Of a stretch of 64,000 bases of DNA, positions 33,565-42,529 are shown piece after piece. Within the stretch, counting starts at the first letter, position 1. Every line of letters begins with the position of its first letter. The notes below the pieces were generated by a model. It saw only the letters and a program-made list of their open reading frames with translations. It did no database searches and was not told the DNA's origin. The translations under genes and the position numbers were made by a program. Origin of the DNA: Kiritimatiellia bacterium (GTDB lineage Bacteria > Verrucomicrobiota > Kiritimatiellia > RFP12 > UBA1067); assembly GCA_050949565.1 (NCBI GenBank), contig JBMNFY010000010.1, forward strand, positions 1 through 64,000, in the 5' to 3' direction.

Positions 33565-34611
33565 ATGGCAACTTTCGATCTGTCCAGTTCAGCGGAGGCG
33601 CGCTGGCAGCGCTTGTTTGCGCTCGCTGCGCGTCTGGATGAACTGTGCCCCTGGGAGTGGATGGGGGTGGCGGATTGTTTCGGCCTGCTCTTCCCGGAGC
33701 AGAAAGAACCTTGCTTCGTCGTGTTCGGCGGCAGTCCGAAGACCTTCCGTCATGTGCGCTTCCTGATGGGCTGGAAAGCTTTTTACGACATGATTACACG
33801 GCTGGCCGCCCCCTCCAAACAAACGCCGACTTGGCTGCTGGAAATCCCGATGATCGAGATGCTGTTTGTGGAGCCCGCATCGCTTTTCGATCATGAGCGT
33901 GAGTTTTATGAGGCGCTCGAACGGCCGCTCAAGTCAGGCCCCGACAACGTGGTCTTCCGATCGATCATTCCAGGCTACCACCCGTGGATACCGGATGATG
34001 AGGAACTCGCCCTGCTGGAAACGGCCCTCTATCAAGCCTACGGTATGGCGATGCGCGTAGAGTCCGACGGCTTGCTGTTGAAGAGTGAGTTCCCCCGCAA
34101 AATTCTGGTGCGCAAGCAGAACGAGCAAGGTGATTGGCATGATGACTGGATGACGATCAAACCGATCGCCGACGAAGAGGTGGAGGTGCGTCTGGCAAAC
34201 GACCTCTTGCAGGCGCTGCGGGACAAACCGCTCTGGCCGATGACCGTTCAGCTTGATCTGGTCTTTACGCCGTTGTCAATCGGTGACAAAGGCGTACGTC
34301 CGCAGACCGCCTACGTGCTGCTTGTGGTCGATGCGGTGTCGGGCATGATTATCGCCGAGGAGTTGTTTTTGGCGAGTGATGGCATTCCTCTCATGTGGGC
34401 CGCGATTCCTGAGCGGTTGCTGACGATCTTCAAGCGCTTGGGCGGATGCCCGGAAACGATTGAGGTTGGCAATGACCGCATGGCGAATCTGCTGCGCCCG
34501 CTGGGCGAACTCCTGCCGTTCAAAATGGTGCGACGCGAGCGGCTGAGCGTGCTTGAAAACGCGCGCGAGAAGATCGATGGATTCATAAAAGAGGCGGGGG
34601 CGGCACCTTGA
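33565..34611 (+). CDS. Conserved hypothetical cytoplasmic protein
   Basis: 348-aa ORF with RBS; PWEWM…FG and FRSIIPGYHPW motifs. Confidence 0.75.
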   Translation: MATFDLSSSAEARWQRLFALAARLDELCPWEWMGVADCFGLLFPEQKEPCFVVFGGSPKTFRHVRFLMGWKAFYDMITRLAAPSKQTPTWLLEIPMIEMLFVEPASLFDHEREFYEALERPLKSGPDNVVFRSIIPGYHPWIPDDEELALLETALYQAYGMAMRVESDGLLLKSEFPRKILVRKQNEQGDWHDDWMTIKPIADEEVEVRLANDLLQALRDKPLWPMTVQLDLVFTPLSIGDKGVRPQTAYVLLVVDAVSGMIIAEELFLASDGIPLMWAAIPERLLTIFKRLGGCPETIEVGNDRMANLLRPLGELLPFKMVRRERLSVLENAREKIDGFIKEAGAAP

Positions 34612-35309
34612 CGCAACCGGGCGAACAGAGGATACGCTTTCCTTGGCGTACCGCGACAGTGGTCGGCGTCGTGGCGCTGGCCATCATTCTGCCGTTTGTC
34701 TTCGCGGGGGCGCAGGTCGATGCGTGGGTGAGGAAGGTCATTGCGCAAGCCGAGCAGAATCGCGTGCTGGCGGGGTGCCTGCTCGCCGGCCTGCTGGCAA
34801 CCGATATCCTGATGCCGGTGCCGTCGAGTCTGGTCAGCACCGCTTGCGGCATGGCACTGGGCTTTTGGGGCGGGACGCTCGCCTCGTTCGCGGGGATGTC
34901 GATCACGACGGCCGTCGGCTACCTGATGGGACGCTACGCCGCCGCGCCAGTAGGCCGCCTGATCGGCGCGGCTGAGTTTGCGATGCTGGAGAGGTTCCAC
35001 CGGCGTCACGGCATCTGGCTGTTGCTGGCGCTGCGTCCCGTGCCGGTTCTAGCCGAGACGTCGGTGGTTTTCAGCGGGGTGGCGCGCTTGCCAGTGACGC
35101 AGGTGGCGGCGGTCACGATGATCGGCAATGTGACGGTTTCGGCGGTTTATGCCGCGATCGGCGTATGGGGTGTTTGCTCGGATTCGTTCATTCCCGCTTT
35201 TTTGGTGGCGATGGTCCTGTCCGGCGTGATGATGGCTGTCATGCGAAAGCGCACGGCAAAAGCCTCGGCGGAACAGCCGCAACAAGGAGATCAGAATCAT
35301 GGGACATGA
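34608..35309 (+). CDS. VTT/DedA (SNARE-associated) membrane protein
   Basis: LLATDILMPVPSS, GYLMGR, RPVPVLAE; hydrophobic. Confidence 0.85.
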   Translation: MTQPGEQRIRFPWRTATVVGVVALAIILPFVFAGAQVDAWVRKVIAQAEQNRVLAGCLLAGLLATDILMPVPSSLVSTACGMALGFWGGTLASFAGMSITTAVGYLMGRYAAAPVGRLIGAAEFAMLERFHRRHGIWLLLALRPVPVLAETSVVFSGVARLPVTQVAAVTMIGNVTVSAVYAAIGVWGVCSDSFIPAFLVAMVLSGVMMAVMRKRTAKASAEQPQQGDQNHGT

Positions 35310-36315
35310 ACGTTCGTTGCAAGAGATCATTGATCTGGCCAGCGCCTACTACGGATCGGCCGTGCTTTTTGCCGCGCTGGAGACCGGTCTCTTTACGCAT
35401 ATCGCGCAGGCGCAGCGTCCGCTCACCGTAGCGGAGTTGGCGGCATGCGCAAAGCTTGATCCGCGCGGCGCGCGCCTCCTGCTTGATGCCTGCGTTGCTG
35501 CGGGTTTGTTGCGCAAAAGCGGTGAGACCTATGAGAATACAGCGGCCGGTAAACAAGCGCTGGTCACCGGTGGGGCGCACGATGTGACGAAGGCAATCCG
35601 CTACAATCAAGATGTCTATGCGGCATGGGGACGGCTCGCAACATTTGCGCGTAGCGGACAGCCGGTTGAACCGCCAGCCCATCATCTGGGCGACGATCCC
35701 GAACGGACGCGCCGCTTTGTGCTGGCGATGCACGGACGCGCGCTGGGTATCGGGCGCATGGTGGTCCCGATGATCGATCTCGCCGGCTGCACGCGCCTGC
35801 TGGACCTGGCCGGCGGACCGGGAACTTACGCTGTGCTGTTGGCGCAGGCTCATCCCGCGTTGCAGTGCGTCACCGTGGACCTCCCGGCGGTGTCGGCGGT
35901 TGCCGCCGAACTGGTGGCTGCGGCCGGCATGACGGAGCACGTGACCTGCCGTGCCGGGGATTATCATACCGATCTCTACGAAGAGGCTGCGTTCGATGCT
36001 GTCACAATCTTCGGGGCGCTGCATCAGGAGGCACCGGAGATGATCGTTTCGATTCTTACCCGCGCGTGCGCCGCGCTGCGTCCCGGCGGACGGCTTTTCG
36101 TGCTGGACATGATGACCGACGCGACCCGCACGCAGCCCGTTTTTTCCGCGCTGTTCGCCCTCAACATGGCGCTCACCACCGACCACGGATGGGTGTTCTC
36201 CGATGCAGAACTGCACACTTGGCTGCAACAGGCCGGCTTTGAGGCGTGTACCACACAGCATGTGCCGCCGCCCATGCCGCACTGGCTGGTCACGGCGCGC
36301 AAGCCGGTTCACTGA
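35299..36315 (+). CDS. Class I SAM-dependent O-methyltransferase with N-terminal dimerisation domain
   Basis: AALETGLF, LLDLAGGPGTY, AGDYH, LRPGGRLFVLD. Confidence 0.9.
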   Translation: MGHERSLQEIIDLASAYYGSAVLFAALETGLFTHIAQAQRPLTVAELAACAKLDPRGARLLLDACVAAGLLRKSGETYENTAAGKQALVTGGAHDVTKAIRYNQDVYAAWGRLATFARSGQPVEPPAHHLGDDPERTRRFVLAMHGRALGIGRMVVPMIDLAGCTRLLDLAGGPGTYAVLLAQAHPALQCVTVDLPAVSAVAAELVAAAGMTEHVTCRAGDYHTDLYEEAAFDAVTIFGALHQEAPEMIVSILTRACAALRPGGRLFVLDMMTDATRTQPVFSALFALNMALTTDHGWVFSDAELHTWLQQAGFEACTTQHVPPPMPHWLVTARKPVH

Positions 36316-36692
36316 CGGCGGTAGATGCCCTCGAAGACCACTTGCCCTTTGTGGCGCAGGACACAGTAGGGGGCCTTTTCGATGAACTCATACTGCTTGT
36401 TGGCCGAGAGGTAACGGATGCCCGACGTGGCGAGCGTTTGGTAGAGCACGCGGCGGGAGCCGTCCGGCAACGTCAAGCGCACTTTGCCCTCGTAGGTGCA
36501 GACGAGTCCGCTGGGTAACGTTTCCGTACGCTTCTCGCGTCCATACTCAACCCACAACTGTTCGGCATCCACGTTGATGAAACGGCTCTCGCGAGTCGGC
36601 GTAAAAGTCCAAGAGGCGCATCCCGTCAGGATGAGCGCGATAGCCAATAGGCCGCATGGTGCCGGGAGCGCAAAAAAGTGGTGAAGCTTCAT
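36309..36692 (-). CDS. Lipoprotein, MliC-like lysozyme inhibitor fold
   Basis: Lipobox LTGC; LYQTLATSGIRY…YEFIEK resembles MliC SGxRY…K. Confidence 0.6.
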   Translation of the reverse strand: MKLHHFFALPAPCGLLAIALILTGCASWTFTPTRESRFINVDAEQLWVEYGREKRTETLPSGLVCTYEGKVRLTLPDGSRRVLYQTLATSGIRYLSANKQYEFIEKAPYCVLRHKGQVVFEGIYRRQ

Positions 36693-36871
36693 GGTGCCTA
36701 GTGTACCGTTTTGGGGATGGGATGGGCAAGCGTGCGGAATCGGTTAGTGATGTGCCGGGATTATGCGGGTCGAGCGCGTGACATTTGGGCTCAGGTTTCA
36801 CGTTTCAGGTTTCGGTGTTGGACGTGTTGGACATTGTGGACGTGGTGGACATGCAAGTCTGACGAAAAATC

Positions 36872-36982
36872 AGTGCGGCGGCAAGCGGTATTCCGCGCGA
36901 CGCCGCTTTTTGAGCAGGAGTGCGGTGGCAGGGCGCACGCACGACCCGCGCACAGCGCGGTTCTTGTCACCGCACTCCAAAT
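36872..36982. repeat. REP/REPIN-like palindromic element, copy 1
   Basis: AGTGCGG…CCGCACTCCAAAT; near-identical inverted copy at 57081-57210. Confidence 0.85.
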
Positions 36983-37135
36983 TTTCCGCCGCGCCACGCG
37001 CGGCACAACAATCATGTCAATCATGTCAATCATGTCTAAAAACCACCACTCACCCTTTTCGTTAGAAACGCATGATCTTCGCGCATCTCTGTCACTAGCC
37101 GCTCGATCGCGATCACGATTTTCCAAAGCCCGGTG

Positions 37136-37164
37136 TTGACGGCGGGCGCCGAAAAACGTACGAT
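37136..37164 (+). promoter_or_regulatory. Putative sigma70 promoter for oadB
   Basis: TTGACG-17 bp-TACGAT. Confidence 0.6.
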
Positions 37165-37174
37165 GCAAAGCCTT

Positions 37175-37216
37175 CAACCCGGCAACATTGAACTGCCGGA
37201 CGTGAGGGTAACCTGA
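37175..37216 (+). ncRNA. Candidate Na+ riboswitch (DUF1646/Na+-I-like) aptamer
   Basis: CCGGCA-ACATTGAAC-TGCCGG stem, ACGTG linker, AGG-GTAA-CCT hairpin, between the promoter and the RBS of a Na+-pump gene; family match from memory only. Confidence 0.5.
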
Positions 37217-37225
37217 GAGGGAAGT

Positions 37226-38368
37226 ATGGATTTTCTATTGGATGGGATCAGGGCGTTCACTTGGCAACAGGCGGTGATGTTTGCCGTCGGCTTTACGCTG
37301 ATCTGGCTGGCGATCAAGAAACAGTGCGAACCGATGCTGCTTTTGCCGATGGGCTTCGGCGCTATCCTGGTGAACATCCCCTTTAGCGGAGCGCTGAATC
37401 AGGTTCTGCCCGGGGTGGGCGAAACCCAGGGGGCGATCCAGTGGCTTTTCGAGGTCGGCATCGAATCGTCCGAAATCCTGCCGCTGCTGCTGTTTATCGG
37501 TATCGGCGCGATGATCGATTTCTCGCCGCTGTTCCAGCGCCCGATCTATTTCGTTTTCGCCGCCGCCGCCCATTTCGGCATTTTCGCGACCATCGTCCTA
37601 GCCTGTGTGCTGGGCTTTGATTTAAGGGACGCGGCGGCGATCGGCATCATCGGCGCTGCCGACGGCCCTACCACGATTCTGGTCGCCCAGGTCTTGCAGT
37701 CCAAGTACATGGGTGCGATCGCAGTTACCGCGTACTCCTATATGGCGCTGGTGCCGATCATCCAACCGGCGGTCATTTACCTTCTGACCTCGCGCGATGA
37801 GCGGCGCATCCGCATGGAGCCGACAAAGGATTCCGACATCCCGCGAACTGTGCGCATCCTTTTCCCCATCGCTGTGACCATCGTCGTCGGTCTGATCTCC
37901 CCCGCCGCCGTCTCTCTGATCGGTTTTCTTATGTTCGGTAACCTGATCCGCGAATGCGGCGTGCTGGAATCGTTGTCCAGAACCGCGCAAAACGAGCTGA
38001 CCAATCTGATCACGCTGTTGCTGGGCATCATCATCGCGTTCACCATGAAGGCGGACCAATTCGTCACGCGGGACACCATCATGATTCTCGGGCTGGGGCT
38101 TTTCGCCTTCATTTGCGACACCGCTGCGGGCCTGCTGTTCGCGAAGTTTCTGAACCTCTTTTTACGCAAGAAGATCAACCCCATGATCGGGGCGACGGGC
38201 ATCTCTGCCTTCCCCATGTCGGCGCGGGTTATTCATAAACTGGCGATGAAAGAGGACCCGGGCAACATCCTGATCATGCAGGCCGTCAGCGCCAACGTCG
38301 CGGGGCAGATCGCCTCGGTGGCCGCGAGCGGCCTGGTGTTGAGCCTAGTCCTGAAATACCTGCAATAG
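37226..38368 (+). CDS. oadB: Na+-translocating decarboxylase beta subunit
   Basis: EPMLLLPMGFG, LLFIGIGAMIDF, IGIIGAADGPT, AYSYMALVPIIQP, INPMIGA, SAFPMSAR. Confidence 0.93.
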   Translation: MDFLLDGIRAFTWQQAVMFAVGFTLIWLAIKKQCEPMLLLPMGFGAILVNIPFSGALNQVLPGVGETQGAIQWLFEVGIESSEILPLLLFIGIGAMIDFSPLFQRPIYFVFAAAAHFGIFATIVLACVLGFDLRDAAAIGIIGAADGPTTILVAQVLQSKYMGAIAVTAYSYMALVPIIQPAVIYLLTSRDERRIRMEPTKDSDIPRTVRILFPIAVTIVVGLISPAAVSLIGFLMFGNLIRECGVLESLSRTAQNELTNLITLLLGIIIAFTMKADQFVTRDTIMILGLGLFAFICDTAAGLLFAKFLNLFLRKKINPMIGATGISAFPMSARVIHKLAMKEDPGNILIMQAVSANVAGQIASVAASGLVLSLVLKYLQ

Positions 38369-38387
38369 CAAAAGCCGGAGGATCACC

Positions 38388-38531
38388 ATGGATCACGCTG
38401 AAACCGTACGCATTTCGCTTACCATCATGTGGCAAGGCATGCTGGGATTGTTCATCATCACCATCATCATGGCTTGGCTCACCGCCACCATCATTAAGTC
38501 TTGCAAACGTCCCGAAAAACCTTCGGAGTGA
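38388..38531 (+). CDS. OadG-related small membrane subunit (47 aa; below ORF-track cutoff)
   Basis: GGAGG RBS; MDHAETVRISLTIMWQGMLGLFIITIIMAWLTATIIKSCKRPEKPSE, one TM helix, directly after oadB. Confidence 0.8.
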   Translation: MDHAETVRISLTIMWQGMLGLFIITIIMAWLTATIIKSCKRPEKPSE

Positions 38532-38637
38532 GGCCGTTCACAAAGGCATGGCTTCGGGAATAGAGGTTTTTTTAACTCAGAACGCTGAACGTCGAACTCT
38601 GAACTCTGAAGTCGAAAACTCCTTGAGGGGAGGTCAA

Positions 38638-41046
38638 ATGAAACGAGCAGTTGCAGCGATGGGGCTAGTTGTTGTGGCGTCGGTTTGCGCGGCGGCACCG
38701 GTGAATGTGGCGCTGAACAAACCGTACACGTTGACACCGACGCCGCGTTATCGGTATTGCACGGATGCCGGCGATAAGACGCAGCTTACGGATGGTGTCT
38801 ATGTGAAGGGTTACTTCTGGACACAGCAGGGCACGGTGGGCTGGAGCAGCGTCGCGCCAGTCTTTTGCACGATTGATCTGGGCCGCGTGGAGCCGATCTG
38901 CGGCGCGTCGTGGAGTACGGCGGCCGGCGTGGCGGGTGTGAATTGGCCCGAGTGCCTGTATGTGCTGGCAAGCGAAGACCGCAAGACGTGGACATACTTG
39001 GGCGACCTCTGCGAATGGGGCAACCACGGTCAGCCTCCGCCGCAAGGGGCTTACGCGACCTTCCGCTACGCCACGGACCGCCTGAAAGGCCGCGGCCGTT
39101 ACGTGTGCGTGATCGCTGCGGCGCGTCCCTTCTGCTTTGTGGATGAGATCGAGGTGTGGCGCGGACCGGACGCTTGGCTGACGGAGCCGATGTCGGGCCG
39201 TCAGGCCAGCGATCCCCGTCAGTTCTACAACGAGAGTTGCGTGCAGTCCGGCGTGTCGGCGCGGTTGCGCCAAGACCTGAACGTGATCTTCAGTCAGGCG
39301 GCGACCAACGGATTGTCGGCGGCGCTGGCACCGCATAGTGACGAGGCGGAGCGATTGCGCGCGGCCATCGCCGACAGTGCGGCGAAGATGCCCAGTACCC
39401 TGCAGACGATACTGCCGTATGGCGCGTTGCATGAGAAAATTCTGGCGCTCAATGTGCCGGTTCTGCACGCGTCCGGCGTGACGCAACCGCGTCTGTGGCA
39501 GAATAACCGATGGGATCCGCTCGCGCTGACCGCCTTACCGCCGTCGGGCGCGGAAACGTCGGTGTTGTCGCTCGATCTGATGCGCGGCGAGGTGCGCGGC
39601 GAGGTACTCAACCTCACGAATCCGCATGACCGCACGTTGCCCTTTACATTGCGGCTGGAGGGCTTGCCGGCCGCCTTGAATCTGGAGTTGCGCGAGGTGG
39701 TGCCGACCGACACACAGAGCCGCACGCCGGTGATGGCCGCATTGCGTCCGCTTGTTCCCGATGCGCAAGGGCGTTGCACGCTCAATGTGCCTGCGGGGTG
39801 CACGCGACAGGTGTGGCTCTCCTGTCGCCGTCCCGCTGCCTCGCCTGGCGTTCACGAAGGACGTCTGCTGGTCGAAGCGTCGTCCGTGGCGTTCCGGCGC
39901 GGCGTAGCCGTGCGCGTGCGGCTGCGCAATCTCGATTTCCCGCGCCAGCCGCAGTTGCATCTGGGCGGCTGGGATTACGTGCAGGGTGCGGCCGATTACT
40001 ATCGCGCGCCCGGCAATCTCGCGCCCAATCTGGCGTTGATGCGGGACATGTATGTGGACAGTCCTTGGGCGACGCCCGCCGTCTTTCCCAAAGGGGCGCG
40101 TTTTGACGAGGCGGGTCAACTGCTCAATGCCGACGCGCTGGACTACACGCTCTGGGACGAGTGGATCGCGCGTTGGCAGGGGGCGCGCAACTACTGCGTG
40201 TTTTTTGCCGTTGGCCCGGCGTTTCACGGCGAAAAAATGGGCACGCCGCGCTTTGCGACCATGGTCGGTTCTTGGCTCACCGCTTGGGTTCGGCACATGG
40301 AGGGGCAGGGTCTGAAGGCCAGTCAGATGGTCATCTTGCTGTTTGATGAGCCGCACGAGCGCAGCCACGACGAGATTCTGATCGCATGGGCCCGGGCCGT
40401 GCGTGCCGCCAACCTCGGCGTTACGCTTTTCATCGATCCGACCTACAGGGATCCGACAAAGGGCGATCCCGAGATGTACGCCCTTCACGATATCCTCTGT
40501 CCCAACACACCGATGATGATTGAGCAGGGTGCACGGTTCCGCGATTTTTATCTGCGTCAACAAGCGGAGGGCAGGACCCTCTGGCTCTACTCATGCAGCG
40601 GCCCCGCCAAACTGCTGGACCCGATTACCTATCACCGTGCGCAGGCTTGGCTGGCGTTTCAGATCGGTGCCAAAGGCTCCTTCTACTGGGCCTTGGGTTG
40701 CGGTGGCGGCATCGGCGATTCGTGGCGTGCCTACGCGCAGTCGGGTATCGAATACTCGCCTTACTTTGTGGGGCCGGACAGCGTGCTGGAAGGCAAACAC
40801 AGCGAGGCCGTACGCGAGGGGGTGCAGGATTACGAAGCGCTCTGCATGTTGCGGGATCGCGTGGAACAGGCACGCGCCGCCGGACGCGATGTACCGTGGG
40901 TGCAGGAAGCGAAGCGCGTGTTGTCTGAGGGCGTGGCCGAAGCGGTGGCGGAAGTGAAGCCGCAGCACATCCACTGGCATGTCGACAAAGAGCGCGGCGC
41001 GATGGATAAGGTGCGCCTTCAGGTCCTTGACCTGCTGGAGAAATAA
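38638..41046 (+). CDS. Secreted protein: discoidin/F5-8-like N-terminus plus DUF4091-like glycoside hydrolase region
   Basis: GGAGG RBS, signal peptide, NVALNKPY, LTDG, IDLG, FDEP, WLYSC, VREGVQDYE. Confidence 0.7.
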   Translation: MKRAVAAMGLVVVASVCAAAPVNVALNKPYTLTPTPRYRYCTDAGDKTQLTDGVYVKGYFWTQQGTVGWSSVAPVFCTIDLGRVEPICGASWSTAAGVAGVNWPECLYVLASEDRKTWTYLGDLCEWGNHGQPPPQGAYATFRYATDRLKGRGRYVCVIAAARPFCFVDEIEVWRGPDAWLTEPMSGRQASDPRQFYNESCVQSGVSARLRQDLNVIFSQAATNGLSAALAPHSDEAERLRAAIADSAAKMPSTLQTILPYGALHEKILALNVPVLHASGVTQPRLWQNNRWDPLALTALPPSGAETSVLSLDLMRGEVRGEVLNLTNPHDRTLPFTLRLEGLPAALNLELREVVPTDTQSRTPVMAALRPLVPDAQGRCTLNVPAGCTRQVWLSCRRPAASPGVHEGRLLVEASSVAFRRGVAVRVRLRNLDFPRQPQLHLGGWDYVQGAADYYRAPGNLAPNLALMRDMYVDSPWATPAVFPKGARFDEAGQLLNADALDYTLWDEWIARWQGARNYCVFFAVGPAFHGEKMGTPRFATMVGSWLTAWVRHMEGQGLKASQMVILLFDEPHERSHDEILIAWARAVRAANLGVTLFIDPTYRDPTKGDPEMYALHDILCPNTPMMIEQGARFRDFYLRQQAEGRTLWLYSCSGPAKLLDPITYHRAQAWLAFQIGAKGSFYWALGCGGGIGDSWRAYAQSGIEYSPYFVGPDSVLEGKHSEAVREGVQDYEALCMLRDRVEQARAAGRDVPWVQEAKRVLSEGVAEAVAEVKPQHIHWHVDKERGAMDKVRLQVLDLLEK

Positions 41047-41560
41047 TAGGTAATAGGTAATAGGTGAGAGGTAAGAAGTAATAGGTAATAGTAGGCAGTG
41101 GGCAGTGGGCAGTAGGCTTGGTGGTCACAAAAAGTGGCTCGCAATCGTGAGAGTAAAAGCACAGCTCGGTTGTTTCACGCGAAGGCGCGAAGGCGCGAAG
41201 GTTGGAGGGCGAGTGTCCCCACGAGCCGCCGGGACGGGCAATGGAGGGCGAGTGTCCCCACGAGCCGCCTTCCGCTGTGCGGAAGGATGGTTTCAGGTTT
41301 CATTGCGGAGCGCCGCCCACTTGAGCGTTGAAAGTTGAGCGTTGGGCGTTGAGCGTCCGTGCTGTGCGCAGACGGCGGCTCGTGGGGACACTCGCCCTCC
41401 AGTGCTGTGGTCTGGGCTCGCGAAGCACTGGGAGGGTCAAGCGTCTGCTTGACCGCGGACGAGCAGACGCTCGTCCCTCCCCGGCGGCGGTCACGCCGCC
41501 ACCCCGTAAAAAACCTCTGCGTCTCCGCGCTTCTGCGTTACAAAACGCTTAACGTTCAAG
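41044..41560. repeat. Composite intergenic repeat cluster (heptamer tracts plus REP-like 28-mers)
   Basis: TAATAGG/GGCAGTG heptamers; TGGAGGGCGAGTGTCCCCACGAGCCGCC at 41203 and 41242, inverted at 41374-41401; TTGAGCG tract. Confidence 0.85.
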
Positions 41561-42476
41561 TATCGTACAGATGAACCGCGAGGTCATGCTCGAAGGCCAG
41601 CAGGGTCTGGCAGCGGTCGCAACGCGCGGAGTCAATCTGACGGGATTCTTGCGGCAAAGTTGCGCGTTCGCCGCAGGTGAAACAGCGGACCGCAGCACCA
41701 GCAGTGGCGACGGCGAGATGTCCGGTGGCGGCATTGCGCGCGAACCAGTTGTCCGAAGGCCGTCCATTGAGCGTGTCGTATGCGTTCTTGATCTGCGTGA
41801 ACTTTTCGGCAGTCAGCGCTTGAATGGCGGGATCAAGTCCGCTGTGCTTGTCTGGATGGTAGGTCAGGCTGAGTGTGCGGTATGCGCTCTTGATCTGCGC
41901 CTCATCGGCGTTGTAGGGAATGCCCAGGACGTTGCAGGCGTCACGCCGTTCCTGCGCGGAGGCTGAATGACGCACGTAGAGTAGCGCGGCCGTCCGAAGG
42001 TCGTCATCGTGAATTCCCGCCGAACGCGCGTAACCGGCGATGCAGTCGGCTTTGGCCGGTGTCGCGTCGCCATCGCTGACGGCCACGCGCCACAACCAGA
42101 CGGCCGAGGCGTGTGCGAGGCCGGGGGCGTCGCGCACCATCGCGGCGAGCCGGACCAGCGGGCGGTCAATCCGCGCGCAGTCGTCAATCAGATACGCGAG
42201 GTCTTGCGGTGCAAGCACGCCGCCGACCGCTTGGTTGAGTTCGGCGAGGATCGTGCGGATGGCGCGGTCTTCGCGCGTGGTGTAGCGTCCGTCGGTCTGC
42301 GCCAATTCATACAACGCGGCGGCGGTGACGGCGATCAGACGTTGCGCCTGCTTCTTCGGCGAGGACGCCTTGCGGTCAACGAGAAAGTGGCCTGCGGTGG
42401 CACCGGCTACTGCGCCCCAAGGGCCGAAGAACGAGCCGATACTGCCGCCAATCATTTTACCTTGCCAGGAAGACAT
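41556..42476 (-). CDS. DjlA-like TerB + J-domain co-chaperone with C-terminal Zn ribbon
   Basis: WQGKMIGGSIG…GPWGA, LAQTDG, IKSAYRTLSLTYHPDK, CFTC…CDRC. Confidence 0.85.
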   Translation of the reverse strand: MSSWQGKMIGGSIGSFFGPWGAVAGATAGHFLVDRKASSPKKQAQRLIAVTAAALYELAQTDGRYTTREDRAIRTILAELNQAVGGVLAPQDLAYLIDDCARIDRPLVRLAAMVRDAPGLAHASAVWLWRVAVSDGDATPAKADCIAGYARSAGIHDDDLRTAALLYVRHSASAQERRDACNVLGIPYNADEAQIKSAYRTLSLTYHPDKHSGLDPAIQALTAEKFTQIKNAYDTLNGRPSDNWFARNAATGHLAVATAGAAVRCFTCGERATLPQESRQIDSARCDRCQTLLAFEHDLAVHLYDT

Positions 42477-42529
42477 GTCTGTATTTGAAAAAGTGAAATG
42501 TGATCAGTGAAAACAGGTGGGGTTGGGCA

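Noticed and set aside
41203-41401. REP 28-mer shares TCCCCACG / CGTGGGGA with the CRISPR hairpin; possible mini-array
   Set aside because: Only 8 bp shared, spacing is 39 bp then inverted, with no spacer structure
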